Shown here: positions 27,219-37,278 of the stretch, piece after piece | How positions within the stretch are numbered: position 1 is the stretch's first letter | How the letters are laid out: each line of letters begins with the position of its first letter | Virus record (IMG/VR): IMGVR_UViG_3300017782_004332 | Coordinates: 32,001-96,000 of that record | DNA: 64,000 bases | Direction: 5' to 3' (one strand) | Source: a virus | Program-made: the position numbers and the translations under genes | Notes under the pieces: generated by a model | Database searches by the model: none | Told to the model about the DNA's origin: nothing | What the model saw: the letters and a program-made list of their open reading frames with translations, nothing else

Positions 27219-27455
27219 TTGGGAAGAGTTTTTATTGAAGAAGCAATGCAAAGAACAGGCATTAATAGAACGGATCTAGTCGGAGTGCTTACATACTTAA
27301 TTAGAACTAAACAAGCAACCAGCCAAGGCGATGCAATAAACAAACTTGAATCAGGAGAGTTTGACGGTGTTAACTTAAAAGAAAAATTAATTGAATACTA
27401 TCAAGTTAAACTATCTGATTTAGAAGATAATGAAGAAGAGGTTGACAAAACTTAA
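27219..27455 (+). CDS. Hypothetical protein
   Basis: 78 aa, TTG start after AAGGT. Confidence 0.6.
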   Translation: MGRVFIEEAMQRTGINRTDLVGVLTYLIRTKQATSQGDAINKLESGEFDGVNLKEKLIEYYQVKLSDLEDNEEEVDKT

Positions 27456-27493
27456 ATTGATGCTATTATATATTAATAATAGAGGAGTAGAAA

Positions 27494-27664
27494 ATGTCAA
27501 CATTAAACGAACAAGCAGAGACCCTAGCACGTATGTCAACAGATGAACGTGATAATTTTGTAGAAAGCATTGTAACTAGATATCCTAATCTAGCAGACGA
27601 ACTAATGAGTTCGATCGGATATGCACTACTAGAACAAGACATAGGAGAAGACAATGAAATTTGA
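27494..27664 (+). CDS. Hypothetical protein (56 aa)
   Basis: GAGGAG SD, TTGACA promoter at 27442; MSTLNEQAETLARM...; not in ORF track. Confidence 0.65.
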   Translation: MSTLNEQAETLARMSTDERDNFVESIVTRYPNLADELMSSIGYALLEQDIGEDNEI

Positions 27665-27938
27665 TGAAATAAAATTTAAAGAAACTGATGTTCCTAACGG
27701 CATTCAAGCAATGTTGAACTTTGGTGTTTATGACCTGAGTATAGTACAGAGTGACTTCTCTTATGGTGGTAAGCAAGGTCTATATGAGATCGCAGTGTTT
27801 GAAGGCAATGATCAAAAAGAATTAGCGGGTATTACTGAAAAAGGTGATACAGTTAAAGGCTTCTTAACTGAAGGCGAAGTAGAAGCAATTATTAAAAAAA
27901 TGCATCTAGTGACTGGTACGGATCCAGCAAATGGGTGA
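27654..27938 (+). CDS. Conserved phage hypothetical protein
   Basis: SYGGKQGLYEIAV...VKGFLT motif. Confidence 0.75.
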   Translation: MKFDEIKFKETDVPNGIQAMLNFGVYDLSIVQSDFSYGGKQGLYEIAVFEGNDQKELAGITEKGDTVKGFLTEGEVEAIIKKMHLVTGTDPANG

Positions 27939-28122
27939 GTATCCTAAAAAAACTGGTCCAAACAGTTGGATAGTACAAGTTCGCGAGAACGGTAAAACGA
28001 AAGAACTTTACCTAGAATTTCCTGAAGGTTGTATTGATCAAGTTGGTTGGGACATCGGAGACACGCTTATGTGGGAAGAATTAAGCAACGGTGATTGGTC
28101 ATTAACAAAGAAGGTTGAATAA
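27931..28122 (+). CDS. AbrB/MazE-like small protein
   Basis: LYLEFPE...QVGWDIGDTLMW. Confidence 0.6.
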   Translation: MGEYPKKTGPNSWIVQVRENGKTKELYLEFPEGCIDQVGWDIGDTLMWEELSNGDWSLTKKVE

Positions 28123-28130
28123 ATATCTAT

Positions 28131-28373
28131 ATGAAACTAGTATTTAAAACACCATCAGGCCCTGTCGAAGCACAAGGTGAATTTACAAAAAGATACAAGG
28201 TTGTATCTAATAATTCTACTAGTGCATCAGACATTACACAGTTCTGGACTTGGTTGAAATACGAGTTACCACACTTAGATCAAAATAAAACCCAACGTGT
28301 GTTTGGAGCATCTTTGTTAGATTTTAACAAGATAAATGCACAATGGAAAGATAAATTCACTTTTGAGTCATAA
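28131..28373 (+). CDS. Hypothetical protein
   Basis: 80 aa; TAAATA-N5-ATG. Confidence 0.6.
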   Translation: MKLVFKTPSGPVEAQGEFTKRYKVVSNNSTSASDITQFWTWLKYELPHLDQNKTQRVFGASLLDFNKINAQWKDKFTFES

Positions 28374-28447
28374 ACCACATTCGAACCGGTTGCTTTTCTT
28401 CACAAAGATATATATAATTTGTAAAGTATATTCAATGGAGATTATTA

Positions 28448-29722
28448 ATGGCATTACCAAAAGGCCCTAGAAAAAAGAAACCTATAGTTAGACGCACCAA
28501 AGGTAACGAACCATCGTACGATGGTGTTGAACAACTAACTGGTAAAGCATACGGTAGTTTTAGATCGGCATGCCAGGACCATTATCGTATGGAATTTAAA
28601 ACTTCAGATTACAAACAATGGACTATAGATTATCTAGAGAATATTGAATACGGAAAATACAAAGACGTTATTAGTATTGTAAAAAAGAATCCAGATAATA
28701 ATTTTAGTTCGACACTTGGCGGTCTTTGTAGAATGCGTTTAAAGGGTGTTGCTGATTACAACGAAGAGTATGATACCTATTGGCAGTCATTGCCTGGTAC
28801 TAGTGGTTTTGTAAAACCAATGAGTGCGTTTATTCAACGACAGATAGAAGAATTAAAAGAAAAAGGCAATGCCATTGTTGAAATTAAGCAACAAGAAAAA
28901 AAGAAAGAAGAAGAAAAGCCAAAAAAATATATTCCAACTATACAAGAAAGAATACAAATGGCAATCCCAGCAATGACTGATCAATTTGAAGATGCTATTG
29001 ACGAGTTTGCAATGCAAAGCAGATTAGACTTTAAAGATATTAAACCTTTAACAATATTCCGTCAGCGTGATGTTAAACAACCACATGCAAAGATTATTGC
29101 AGAAATATACGAACCTGCACTAGCAGAAATGCGAGAACTGTTAAATCCGCCTGTATTAAAAACAGAACATGATAAAGATTTTCATCAACAATTAAAAGAT
29201 GGTTATTCACATTACGATAAAAAACAAATTAAAAAGTTATATGAATTTTATTCTTCAATAATTACTGCCTGTGATGGTATCATTGCAGAACGTAAGGCTA
29301 GCCGTAAACCACGTAAATTGAGTGTTAAGGCCCCAGAAAAAGTAGTAGCCAAATTGAAATATAAAGTTAGTGACGCAACATATGGAGCAAGTATCGAACC
29401 ACATAAATTCATTATGGCAAATATGTTGGTAATTTTTAATTGCAAAAATAGGAAATTGGGCGTATACTATACTAATAATGAAGATCCATTGGGCCAAAAA
29501 AGAGACGGTACTGGTCTTTATTTGAAAGGACAAACTATCCAACGATTTGATGAAAAGACATCGGTATGGAAAGTGTTACGTAAACCACAAATACAACTTG
29601 AGGAAATGCGTAATTTAAATACAAGACGTAAATTTGAAAACTGGTGGAGTACTGTTAAAACTACTGAGACTAAGATGAATGGCAGAATTAACCCAGAAAC
29701 AATATTGATAGGAGTATATTGA
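28448..29722 (+). CDS. Conserved T4-like phage hypothetical protein
   Basis: [44 protein letters not shown] pattern of large myophages. Confidence 0.75.
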   Translation: MALPKGPRKKKPIVRRTKGNEPSYDGVEQLTGKAYGSFRSACQDHYRMEFKTSDYKQWTIDYLENIEYGKYKDVISIVKKNPDNNFSSTLGGLCRMRLKGVADYNEEYDTYWQSLPGTSGFVKPMSAFIQRQIEELKEKGNAIVEIKQQEKKKEEEKPKKYIPTIQERIQMAIPAMTDQFEDAIDEFAMQSRLDFKDIKPLTIFRQRDVKQPHAKIIAEIYEPALAEMRELLNPPVLKTEHDKDFHQQLKDGYSHYDKKQIKKLYEFYSSIITACDGIIAERKASRKPRKLSVKAPEKVVAKLKYKVSDATYGASIEPHKFIMANMLVIFNCKNRKLGVYYTNNEDPLGQKRDGTGLYLKGQTIQRFDEKTSVWKVLRKPQIQLEEMRNLNTRRKFENWWSTVKTTETKMNGRINPETILIGVY

Positions 29723-30315
29723 TGAGTAACCTAGTACCTATGGTGGTTGAAAAATCACATGACGGAGAAAGAGCCTATGACATTTTTAGTCGTTTGCTTA
29801 AAGATCGTATCGTTTTTTTAAACGGTCCGGTGCATGACGGTGTAGCACATAGTTTAACTGCACAACTAATTTTATTAGAATCAGATAGTGGAACAAAACC
29901 GATCCACTTTTATATTAATTCACCGGGTGGTGTAGTAAGCAGTGGTATGGCAATTTATGATACAATGCAATATATCAAGTCTCCTGTTTATACATATGTT
30001 ATGGGTCAAGCGGCATCAATGGGATCTTTACTTGCTCAGGCAGGTGATCCAGGACACAGGTATATGTTGCCACATGCAAGACACATGATTCACCAACCAA
30101 GCGGTGGTGCTAGTGGTCAAGCAACTGATATTCAAATTCATGCAGAAGAAATTATCAAACTTAAAAAAGAATTAACAGAAATATATGTTAAGCATAATTC
30201 AAAAGAAAAAACATTTGATGATTTAAGTAATGATATGGAACGTGATAAGTTTATGACTGCCTCAGAAGCACTTGAATACGGACTTATTGATGAAATCTTT
30301 GAAAGGAGAGACTGA
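29722..30315 (+). CDS. clpP: ATP-dependent Clp protease proteolytic subunit
   Basis: [51 protein letters not shown]. Confidence 0.97.
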   Translation: MSNLVPMVVEKSHDGERAYDIFSRLLKDRIVFLNGPVHDGVAHSLTAQLILLESDSGTKPIHFYINSPGGVVSSGMAIYDTMQYIKSPVYTYVMGQAASMGSLLAQAGDPGHRYMLPHARHMIHQPSGGASGQATDIQIHAEEIIKLKKELTEIYVKHNSKEKTFDDLSNDMERDKFMTASEALEYGLIDEIFERRD

Positions 30316-30497
30316 TGAAAGACGGACCTATGTTTGAACATATCAACAGAAGCACAGAAGGTATGATCAAAGCAGAATATATTACATACACTGTGAAGGA
30401 CGGACAACTTATAAAGGAAACTTCTATTAGACAGTTTCAAAAAAGTGGAGACTATCATGATAGTTTTCTAAGTGATCCATTGGTAGAGGTAAAATAA
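30315..30497 (+). CDS. Hypothetical protein
   Basis: 60 aa, stop/start overlap with clpP, AAGGAG SD. Confidence 0.65.
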   Translation: MKDGPMFEHINRSTEGMIKAEYITYTVKDGQLIKETSIRQFQKSGDYHDSFLSDPLVEVK

Positions 30498-30658
30498 TGG
30501 AACCAGTAGATCCTAGCAAGAAACATTTTTATATTAGTTTAGTAAAGAGTGCGTTACGTATCCTAGGATGTGTAGCAGTTTTGTTAGGTGGAGGTATTAT
30601 ATACCTAGCAAGTGCATTTTTACTTGCTGAACTGTTGGGTATTGCAGAGGAATTGTAA
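30497..30658 (+). CDS. Small membrane protein (53 aa)
   Basis: MEPVDPSKKHFYISLVKSALRILG...AELLGIAEEL; TAATG overlaps both sides; not in ORF track. Confidence 0.7.
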   Translation: MEPVDPSKKHFYISLVKSALRILGCVAVLLGGGIIYLASAFLLAELLGIAEEL

Positions 30659-31767
30659 TGCCTGTAGCAACCTTTGATAAACCAATCGACAATATTAGGG
30701 TCTCGCAATTAGATATTAAGAAGGGAGAGTTTCCTGGTGACTGGGTCAAGGGCGGTCCTATACAAGATTTCAGCAGTATTGGTATCGACGATCGTGCTAG
30801 TAAGATATCGTTAACTGTTATCGACGATACTGTTATTGTTGATACTGTGAAAACAAAAACATTACTAGGCGATATTGATTTTACAGGTAATGTAAATTTT
30901 AAAAAAAATGTATTTGTTGCTGGCAAACTCGAAGTTGACGAATTAATTACAAAGCAGTTAATGGCGGACGAACATACCGAAAGACAGTATGTTGAATTTA
31001 GCCACAAGAATAAACGCAAAACAAGTGTCGGAACAGGATTTATTTGGACACATCCTAAGCAATACACAAAGCAATTTGTATATCTAAATAAACCTGACAG
31101 ATTTTACAGCACAGAACCATTAGAATTACATAAAGATAAGTCATATATGATAGGACAACAAGATGTATTATCACAAAGTACACTTGGTGCTAGTGTAGTT
31201 AAAAGTAGTTTACAACAGGTAGGACAACTTAAAAATCTTAAAGTAAGTGGACGAGTTGAAATTGGGGAATACATATTTTATGATCCTAATTTAGATAGAA
31301 TAGGGTTTGGTACAGACAAGCCTGCAGGCGATCTTGCTATTCTTAATTTTGAATATGATACAAATTTTGTTATTGATGCTGATGAAGGACTTATTAAACT
31401 AGGTGCTTATAATAATAAAAGTGTTGGGTTAATTACAGATGACCAAGTACGATTAACTATTGATCCCAAAGGTAACTTAACCGTAGGACAAGAAGGTAAC
31501 AATGATGCTGTTCATCACATTTACGGAAAAGTAGGAATTGGCATTAAAAACCCGCAACATAGTATGGATGTTGTTGGAAATATAAAGTTTCAAAACAGGG
31601 TGTTTACTGTTGCTGATCGCCCACCTTTAAAAGGTAGATGGAATAAAGGCGACACTGTGTGGAACAAAAATCCTAAAGAAGATGCACCAGTTGGATGGAT
31701 TTGTACTGTTGGTGGAAACCCAGGACAATGGAACAGTTTCGGTTTTATCGGCAAACCTAACAATTAA
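30658..31767 (+). CDS. Fibre-like phage protein
   Basis: RIGFGTDKP and KVGIGIKNP repeats, C-terminal GD.VWN..P....GW.C...G.PGQW..FG domain. Confidence 0.65.
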   Translation: MPVATFDKPIDNIRVSQLDIKKGEFPGDWVKGGPIQDFSSIGIDDRASKISLTVIDDTVIVDTVKTKTLLGDIDFTGNVNFKKNVFVAGKLEVDELITKQLMADEHTERQYVEFSHKNKRKTSVGTGFIWTHPKQYTKQFVYLNKPDRFYSTEPLELHKDKSYMIGQQDVLSQSTLGASVVKSSLQQVGQLKNLKVSGRVEIGEYIFYDPNLDRIGFGTDKPAGDLAILNFEYDTNFVIDADEGLIKLGAYNNKSVGLITDDQVRLTIDPKGNLTVGQEGNNDAVHHIYGKVGIGIKNPQHSMDVVGNIKFQNRVFTVADRPPLKGRWNKGDTVWNKNPKEDAPVGWICTVGGNPGQWNSFGFIGKPNN

Positions 31768-31808
31768 CCATATACCTAATTTCTTAAATCAAAACAATAA
31801 ATATTGGT

Positions 31809-32147
31809 ATGAAGAACATTATTTTTTTAAAGAAAGAGATTCCTAATCGCATCAGGAAACAAGTAGAATATTGGAACCTGTTTGCGAAGTTAGCACCAAT
31901 AGCATTTGTTGTTGGAGGGTTCTTTTTCTATGAGTTTAACTTTTGCTCGTTACAAACACTATTGTTTGTAGGCGCCGGGATGTTTACTGTCACGGCAGTT
32001 ATTTGGTGGTTCTGGACTGTTAATACTATTGGGTTTGTATCAGACAGAGTACATAAAGCAGAAGAAGGAATTCAAGATGTTCTATCAGATCTTAAAATAA
32101 TAAAAGAACTTTTTCGAGAAATTAAAGACAACAATAACAAGAAGTAA
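31809..32147 (+). CDS. Two-TM membrane protein
   Basis: Two hydrophobic helices then coiled coil; TAAATA-N5-ATG. Confidence 0.65.
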   Translation: MKNIIFLKKEIPNRIRKQVEYWNLFAKLAPIAFVVGGFFFYEFNFCSLQTLLFVGAGMFTVTAVIWWFWTVNTIGFVSDRVHKAEEGIQDVLSDLKIIKELFREIKDNNNKK

Positions 32148-32155
32148 ATAACACT

Positions 32156-32776
32156 ATGAGTGCTTATGTTACAGTTATTGGAAACGGTGAAAGCCGTAAG
32201 GGATTTGACTTATATACCTTAGAATGGTTAGGTGAAACTGTTGGAACAAATGCAGTACACAGAGATTTTATTCCTGATAACCTTGTTTGCTGTGATCGAC
32301 GTATGGTTAGCGAAGCCGTAAATAACGATTATAAAAATCCGTTATACACTAGGAAAGATTGGCGTAAGAATTTTAGTTTTTGGCAGAATGTTAGAGAACT
32401 GCCAGCCTTACCATATAACGGAGATAAAAGAATTGACGACCCGTTCCAATGGGGAAGTGGAGGACATGCACTCAATCTAGCATGTACTTTCAATCCTAAC
32501 TTTGTAGTAATGATTGGTTTTGATTTGTATAGTTCGGATAAACTGTTTAATAATATATATAAAGATACAGAAAATTATAACACAAAAACCAAACATGCAA
32601 CTGATCCTTCATATTGGATATATCAAACTGCTAAACTATTCGAGTTATATCCTAATATAAAGTTTCTTCAAATACAACCAGATGACTGGGAACCACCAGA
32701 AGAATGGGATCAATACGATAACTTTTTTATCGATAATTACGAAAACTTTAAAATATTGGTTGACAAACACAAATAA
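32156..32776 (+). CDS. Rossmann-like protein related to glycosyltransferase/DUF115 families
   Basis: VIGNGESR, GTNAVHRDF.PD.LVCCD, SG..A, MIGFD. Confidence 0.55.
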   Translation: MSAYVTVIGNGESRKGFDLYTLEWLGETVGTNAVHRDFIPDNLVCCDRRMVSEAVNNDYKNPLYTRKDWRKNFSFWQNVRELPALPYNGDKRIDDPFQWGSGGHALNLACTFNPNFVVMIGFDLYSSDKLFNNIYKDTENYNTKTKHATDPSYWIYQTAKLFELYPNIKFLQIQPDDWEPPEEWDQYDNFFIDNYENFKILVDKHK

Positions 32777-32788
32777 ATCTACTATAAT
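32760..32788 (+). promoter_or_regulatory. Sigma70-type promoter of the queD operon
   Basis: TTGACA-N17-TATAAT. Confidence 0.75.
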
Positions 32789-32894
32789 ATGTGTATGTTA
32801 AAAATATTTTGTAGTAACATAAGACTGCATATATACAATACAGGACTTGGCGTCAACCCTTCTAACTCTGCCGCTGTTATTATAGGAGAATAAT

Positions 32895-33371
32895 ATGGCT
32901 TATTACAGCACAAAAACATACGGACACAACATTGGACTTTCAGCAGTGTTTAGACAACCAAATGCAGATCATTCACACTGTCATCTGCTTCACGGATATA
33001 GTTTGCAATTTAAATTTACATTTGGATGTGCAGATCTTGACAATAAAAACTGGGCAGTAGACTTTGGCGGATTGAAACAAGTCAAAGCATGGCTTGAAGA
33101 TAACTTCGACCATAAGACTTGTGTAGATATTAACGACCCGCACAAACAAGACTTTTATGATTTGCAAGACAAAGACTTGTGTGAAGTACGAGAGTTTGAT
33201 GGTGTAGGTGCAGAGAAGTTTGCCTACCATGCATACAATTTTGCAAACAATCTTGTTGAGAAAACGAGCAACGGACGTTGCTGGGTTGAATCTGTCGAGT
33301 GTGCAGAACACGGTGCCAATAGTGCAATCTATACACCCTTTGAATCTCAGAAGATGAGATTCGATGGCTAA
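32895..33371 (+). CDS. queD: 6-carboxytetrahydropterin synthase (QueD/PTPS)
   Basis: HSHCHLLHGY, VDFGGLK, FDH, E.FA, VECAEHGANSAIY. Confidence 0.88.
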   Translation: MAYYSTKTYGHNIGLSAVFRQPNADHSHCHLLHGYSLQFKFTFGCADLDNKNWAVDFGGLKQVKAWLEDNFDHKTCVDINDPHKQDFYDLQDKDLCEVREFDGVGAEKFAYHAYNFANNLVEKTSNGRCWVESVECAEHGANSAIYTPFESQKMRFDG

Positions 33372-34257
33372 GGTTGATAAATCTAAATATTCCAAAGCAG
33401 AATGGAAACGGATTCGCCAAGAGCGTAGAAATTTAAAAGCACAAGATAGCCATGATAAGGTTGTTGGAGCATTACGTCGACAACAAATACCAGAAATAGC
33501 ACCAGTATTTGAAAAAGGTTATCCCGACTATGAAGCAGTTAATAAAGATGAAGTCAGTAATTATGTTTTATGTCTAAAACATGGAACAAAATATAGTGCA
33601 GAATACGTGAACACTTTATATAATATGGTTAAAAGAAACTTAGGTGTTCCTTTTAAAATGGCATGTTTAACAGATAATCCTAAAGGTATCAATGAAGATA
33701 TAGAATGTATTAATATACCTCATAATTTATCTGGTTGGTGGTGCAAACCTTATATGTATAGTTCTAGTTTACCACTACCAAACGACTGTACAATTTTGTA
33801 TATGGATTTAGATGTAGTAATTTCAGGACCATTAGATAAACTGTTTACATATCAACCCGGAGAATGGTGCGTTATTAGAGATTTTACTCGTGCTATGCAA
33901 CCTCAATGGCAAAAATATAATAGTTCAGTAATAAGATTTAGAAAAGGTCAGTTAAATGATGTATGGGCAAGATTCATTGCAGATCCACAAAAAGTAATAG
34001 GCAGTCATTTCGGAGATCAAGATTGGTTATGGACAGCGGCACAAGGAACTGCAAAACTTTGGCCTGACGAATGGATTAGAAGTTATAAATGGGAAGTAAG
34101 AAAAGATAGACATTTATCAGCAGGTGTGAAAGGTGAAAGAAAATTTACTAAACAAGAAAATCCTAAACCCGACGAGCAGTGTAGTATAGCAGTATTTCAT
34201 GGAGATCCTAATCCACACAACTGTGACGATCCTTGGGTAGTGGAGAACTGGAAGTAA
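33364..34257 (+). CDS. Glycosyltransferase (GT-A fold)
   Basis: CLKHGTKYSAEYVNTL, CLTD, GWWCK, YMDLDVVI (DxD), NSSV, GDQDW, FHGDPNPH. Confidence 0.8.
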   Translation: MAKVDKSKYSKAEWKRIRQERRNLKAQDSHDKVVGALRRQQIPEIAPVFEKGYPDYEAVNKDEVSNYVLCLKHGTKYSAEYVNTLYNMVKRNLGVPFKMACLTDNPKGINEDIECINIPHNLSGWWCKPYMYSSSLPLPNDCTILYMDLDVVISGPLDKLFTYQPGEWCVIRDFTRAMQPQWQKYNSSVIRFRKGQLNDVWARFIADPQKVIGSHFGDQDWLWTAAQGTAKLWPDEWIRSYKWEVRKDRHLSAGVKGERKFTKQENPKPDEQCSIAVFHGDPNPHNCDDPWVVENWK

Positions 34258-34258
34258 T

Positions 34259-34855
34259 ATGGATCATAAATTACATAACGTTTTTCCAACTCTTGTAATG
34301 GAGTTTAATCTAAATGCAGATGTAGATACAAAGTTATTACAAGGTGTTTTACAAAAAGAACAAACCAAACCTCATCCATTACTTTCAAAGAATGCTGAAA
34401 GTTCTTATTTTTCAGGCAATCATAATATACTTGACATTGACCATCCGTTAGTTATTAAGTTAAAAGAGACATTTCAAAACTGTATTGATCAATATATTCA
34501 AACTGCTGGACTAACACAATGCAATATATCAAATAGTTGGTTAAGTATTATGGATACAAACAGCAAACTTGTTCCTCACAGACATGAAAACAGTGTGTTA
34601 AGTGGAGCATATTATCCAAAAGTTCCGAAGAACAGTACCGGATTAAAGTTTTTCAATCCAACTAAAATATATAAGATGTGCGAAACACATCAAGAAACAA
34701 CTATGTATAATGCTGATAATGGAGAGTTTCCGGCACAAGAAGGAGTTCTATACATATTTCCTAGTTGGTTAGAACATGGTAGTGAAACTAACCAAACCGA
34801 TAATCGTATGGTGATAAGTTTCAATACATTAAATATGAATGGAGTACAAACATGA
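34259..34855 (+). CDS. 2OG-Fe(II) oxygenase-like protein (TIGR02466-like)
   Basis: FPT, SW, HRHENSVLSGAYY, IFPSWLEH, RMVISFN. Confidence 0.85.
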   Translation: MDHKLHNVFPTLVMEFNLNADVDTKLLQGVLQKEQTKPHPLLSKNAESSYFSGNHNILDIDHPLVIKLKETFQNCIDQYIQTAGLTQCNISNSWLSIMDTNSKLVPHRHENSVLSGAYYPKVPKNSTGLKFFNPTKIYKMCETHQETTMYNADNGEFPAQEGVLYIFPSWLEHGSETNQTDNRMVISFNTLNMNGVQT

Positions 34856-35436
34856 GCATAGAAGAATCATATATTAGAGAATATCCAGGCGCATTTTCAA
34901 AAGAATATTGCGATAAAGTTATTGATCGTTTTGAAACGATGAATAAAAATCATCAAACATCAAACTATGACGGTAGTGTTAAATTTAATGCCGACACTCG
35001 TGTAGTTTATGATTGGGCACCACACCATAATATGTTTTATCATGATCCTGCACTTTGTGAAGAATTTTATAAAACTGTAAATGAATATTATGGTAAAAAA
35101 TATGTTAGCGAATTTACTGTTCTTAAAGACAGCATGATTAAACACACACCCAAAGGCATGAGTGTTCAACGTAATGGTCCAAAAGAAGCATACCATATCT
35201 GGCATATTGAAAACAATGACAGGGCAAGTAGAGATCGTGTTGCTGTTTACATGCTATATCTTAACACTGTAAAAGAAGGTGGCGAAACAGAGTTTCTTTA
35301 TCAAGGAATAAAGACTAAACCTGTTGCTGGTAAACTAGTGTTCTTTCCTGCTACATGGCAACATCCACACAGGGGCAATCCAATATATGATGGATACAAA
35401 TACATTATTACAGGGTGGTTTACATACGACGAATAA
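34852..35436 (+). CDS. 2OG-Fe(II) oxygenase (prolyl hydroxylase-like)
   Basis: YHIWHIE, YLNTVKEGGETEF, FFPATWQHPHRGNP, KYIITGW. Confidence 0.88.
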   Translation: MSIEESYIREYPGAFSKEYCDKVIDRFETMNKNHQTSNYDGSVKFNADTRVVYDWAPHHNMFYHDPALCEEFYKTVNEYYGKKYVSEFTVLKDSMIKHTPKGMSVQRNGPKEAYHIWHIENNDRASRDRVAVYMLYLNTVKEGGETEFLYQGIKTKPVAGKLVFFPATWQHPHRGNPIYDGYKYIITGWFTYDE

Positions 35437-35440
35437 TCTA

Positions 35441-36160
35441 GTGTCTAGTAGATTTATTTTCGACGTCGATGGAACGTTAACACCTAGCAGACAACCGATG
35501 GACGCTGAGTTCCAGAAATGGTTTGCAAACTTTCAAGAACATAATTATGTCTATCTCATTACGGGTAGTGATAGAGATAAAACATTAGAACAAGTTGGTT
35601 CGATAGTATATAATTTTTCTGTCAAGGTATATAACTGTTCAGGTTGTGATGTATGGGAGCAAGATAAAAATGTTTATACTAGTAGTTGGGCATTGCCTCA
35701 AGATGCTCGCAATTGGTTGAATATTGAACTAGACAAAAGTAAATTTGTTCTACGCACAGGTAATCATATTGAGGAACGTCCTGGCATGGTTAACTTTAGT
35801 ATTGTAGGGCGTAATGCTACAATAGGTGAACGTAAGTTATATGTTCAATGGGATGAAAACAACCTAGAACGCAAACACATTGCGGCACAGTTTAACTTTC
35901 GCTTTCCAAAATTACAAGCAGTAATTGGTGGAGAAACAGGCCTAGATATTTTTCCTAAAGGAAGCGACAAAAGCCAAATTATAAGAGATTTTAATCCACA
36001 TGACATTTTACATTTTTTTGGTGATGCTACATTTAAAGGAGGAAATGATTATCCTTTGAAAAAAGTAATCATTGACAACGATCTCGGTTACTGTTATAAT
36101 GTAAAAGACTACAAAGAAACTTGGAAAATATTAAGAGAACAATTTGAATGGATGATCTAA
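35441..36160 (+). CDS. HAD-IIB phosphomannomutase (eukaryotic PMM-type)
   Basis: FDVDGTLTPSR, ITGSD, IEERPGMVNFSIVGR, GG....DIFPKG.DK, FFGD...GGNDY; likely GTG start at 35441. Confidence 0.85.
   Translation: MSSRFIFDVDGTLTPSRQPMDAEFQKWFANFQEHNYVYLITGSDRDKTLEQVGSIVYNFSVKVYNCSGCDVWEQDKNVYTSSWALPQDARNWLNIELDKSKFVLRTGNHIEERPGMVNFSIVGRNATIGERKLYVQWDENNLERKHIAAQFNFRFPKLQAVIGGETGLDIFPKGSDKSQIIRDFNPHDILHFFGDATFKGGNDYPLKKVIIDNDLGYCYNVKDYKETWKILREQFEWMI
36072..36100 (+). promoter_or_regulatory. Sigma70-type promoter inside PMM, driving uvsE
   Basis: TTGACA-N17-TATAAT. Confidence 0.65.
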
Positions 36161-37278
36161 AATTTATGACAGCAGGTAATTTTATTACAGGTCAACAAGA
36201 CATACATCGTATAGGCTTTGCATGTAAGTACATGCATCCAGACCAAACACAGAAGAAAAAACTACTAGAAGAAATTCAACGACCACTAAATACTCGTAGC
36301 ACAACAGTACAGTGGCTTAATAGGCAAACACGTGAAGTTGCTGAACAACGTTTGTGGGATATCATGGTTCACAATATACAATCGTATATGAACCTTATTA
36401 CCTATGTAGGAGGATTACCAAATGAACTGCGTATGGTTAGACTGGGTAGTGATGTGCTACCGGTATACACACAAGCAGATTGGTCTTACTTTTGGCAGAA
36501 GCCAGATGTACGTGCCTACTGCGAGAAAAACTTTGCCAATGTCGGCAAACAAGCAAGAGCCCTCGATGTCCGACTATCGATGCACCCAGGCCAATTTACT
36601 GTACTTGCGAGTGACAACCCCGAAATTGTAGATAGGAGCGTAGAAGAATTTGAATATCACACCGATGTCATCAGGTGGATGGGCTATGGACGCTCATTCC
36701 AAGACTTTAAATGCAACGTCCATATATCAGGCAGGCAAGGTCCAGCCGGTATCAAACACGCAGTTAACACAAGATTATCTCAAGAAGCGAGAAACTGCAT
36801 CACGATCGAGAACGACGAAAACAAATGGGGCATCATGGACAGTCTTGAATTGGTCGACACCTGTGCCCTCGTACTTGACATACACCATCACTGGTGCCGT
36901 GAAGGTGAATACATTTTGCCAGCCGACGATAGATTTTCTCGCGTAATTGATTCATGGCGTGGTGTACGTCCTGTTATACACTATTCATACAGTAGAGATG
37001 AAGCATTACCTGAAGGCTTTGCACACGACACAATGCCCGACATGCCTGTACTATTAGAATCAGGCTTTAAAAAAGGCAAACTAAGAGCCCATAGTGATTA
37101 CTATCCTAACAATGCAGTTAACGACTATGCACTTTCGTTCTTAGAACACGCTGATATTATGTGTGAGAGCAAGGCAAAGAATTTGGCTAGTATCGGTTTG
37201 CATAAATATTATTATGAAAATTACGGAACTAACCAACACAAGTTGTCCAAGAACCAAAGCCAAGCAGTGCCAGTGTGA
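36148..37278 (+). CDS. uvsE: UV DNA damage endonuclease UvsE
   Basis: RIGFAC, RLGSD, RLSMHPGQFTVLAS, IENDE, LVLDIHHH, HYS, RAHSDY, DIMCESKAK. Confidence 0.93.
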   Translation: MDDLKFMTAGNFITGQQDIHRIGFACKYMHPDQTQKKKLLEEIQRPLNTRSTTVQWLNRQTREVAEQRLWDIMVHNIQSYMNLITYVGGLPNELRMVRLGSDVLPVYTQADWSYFWQKPDVRAYCEKNFANVGKQARALDVRLSMHPGQFTVLASDNPEIVDRSVEEFEYHTDVIRWMGYGRSFQDFKCNVHISGRQGPAGIKHAVNTRLSQEARNCITIENDENKWGIMDSLELVDTCALVLDIHHHWCREGEYILPADDRFSRVIDSWRGVRPVIHYSYSRDEALPEGFAHDTMPDMPVLLESGFKKGKLRAHSDYYPNNAVNDYALSFLEHADIMCESKAKNLASIGLHKYYYENYGTNQHKLSKNQSQAVPV

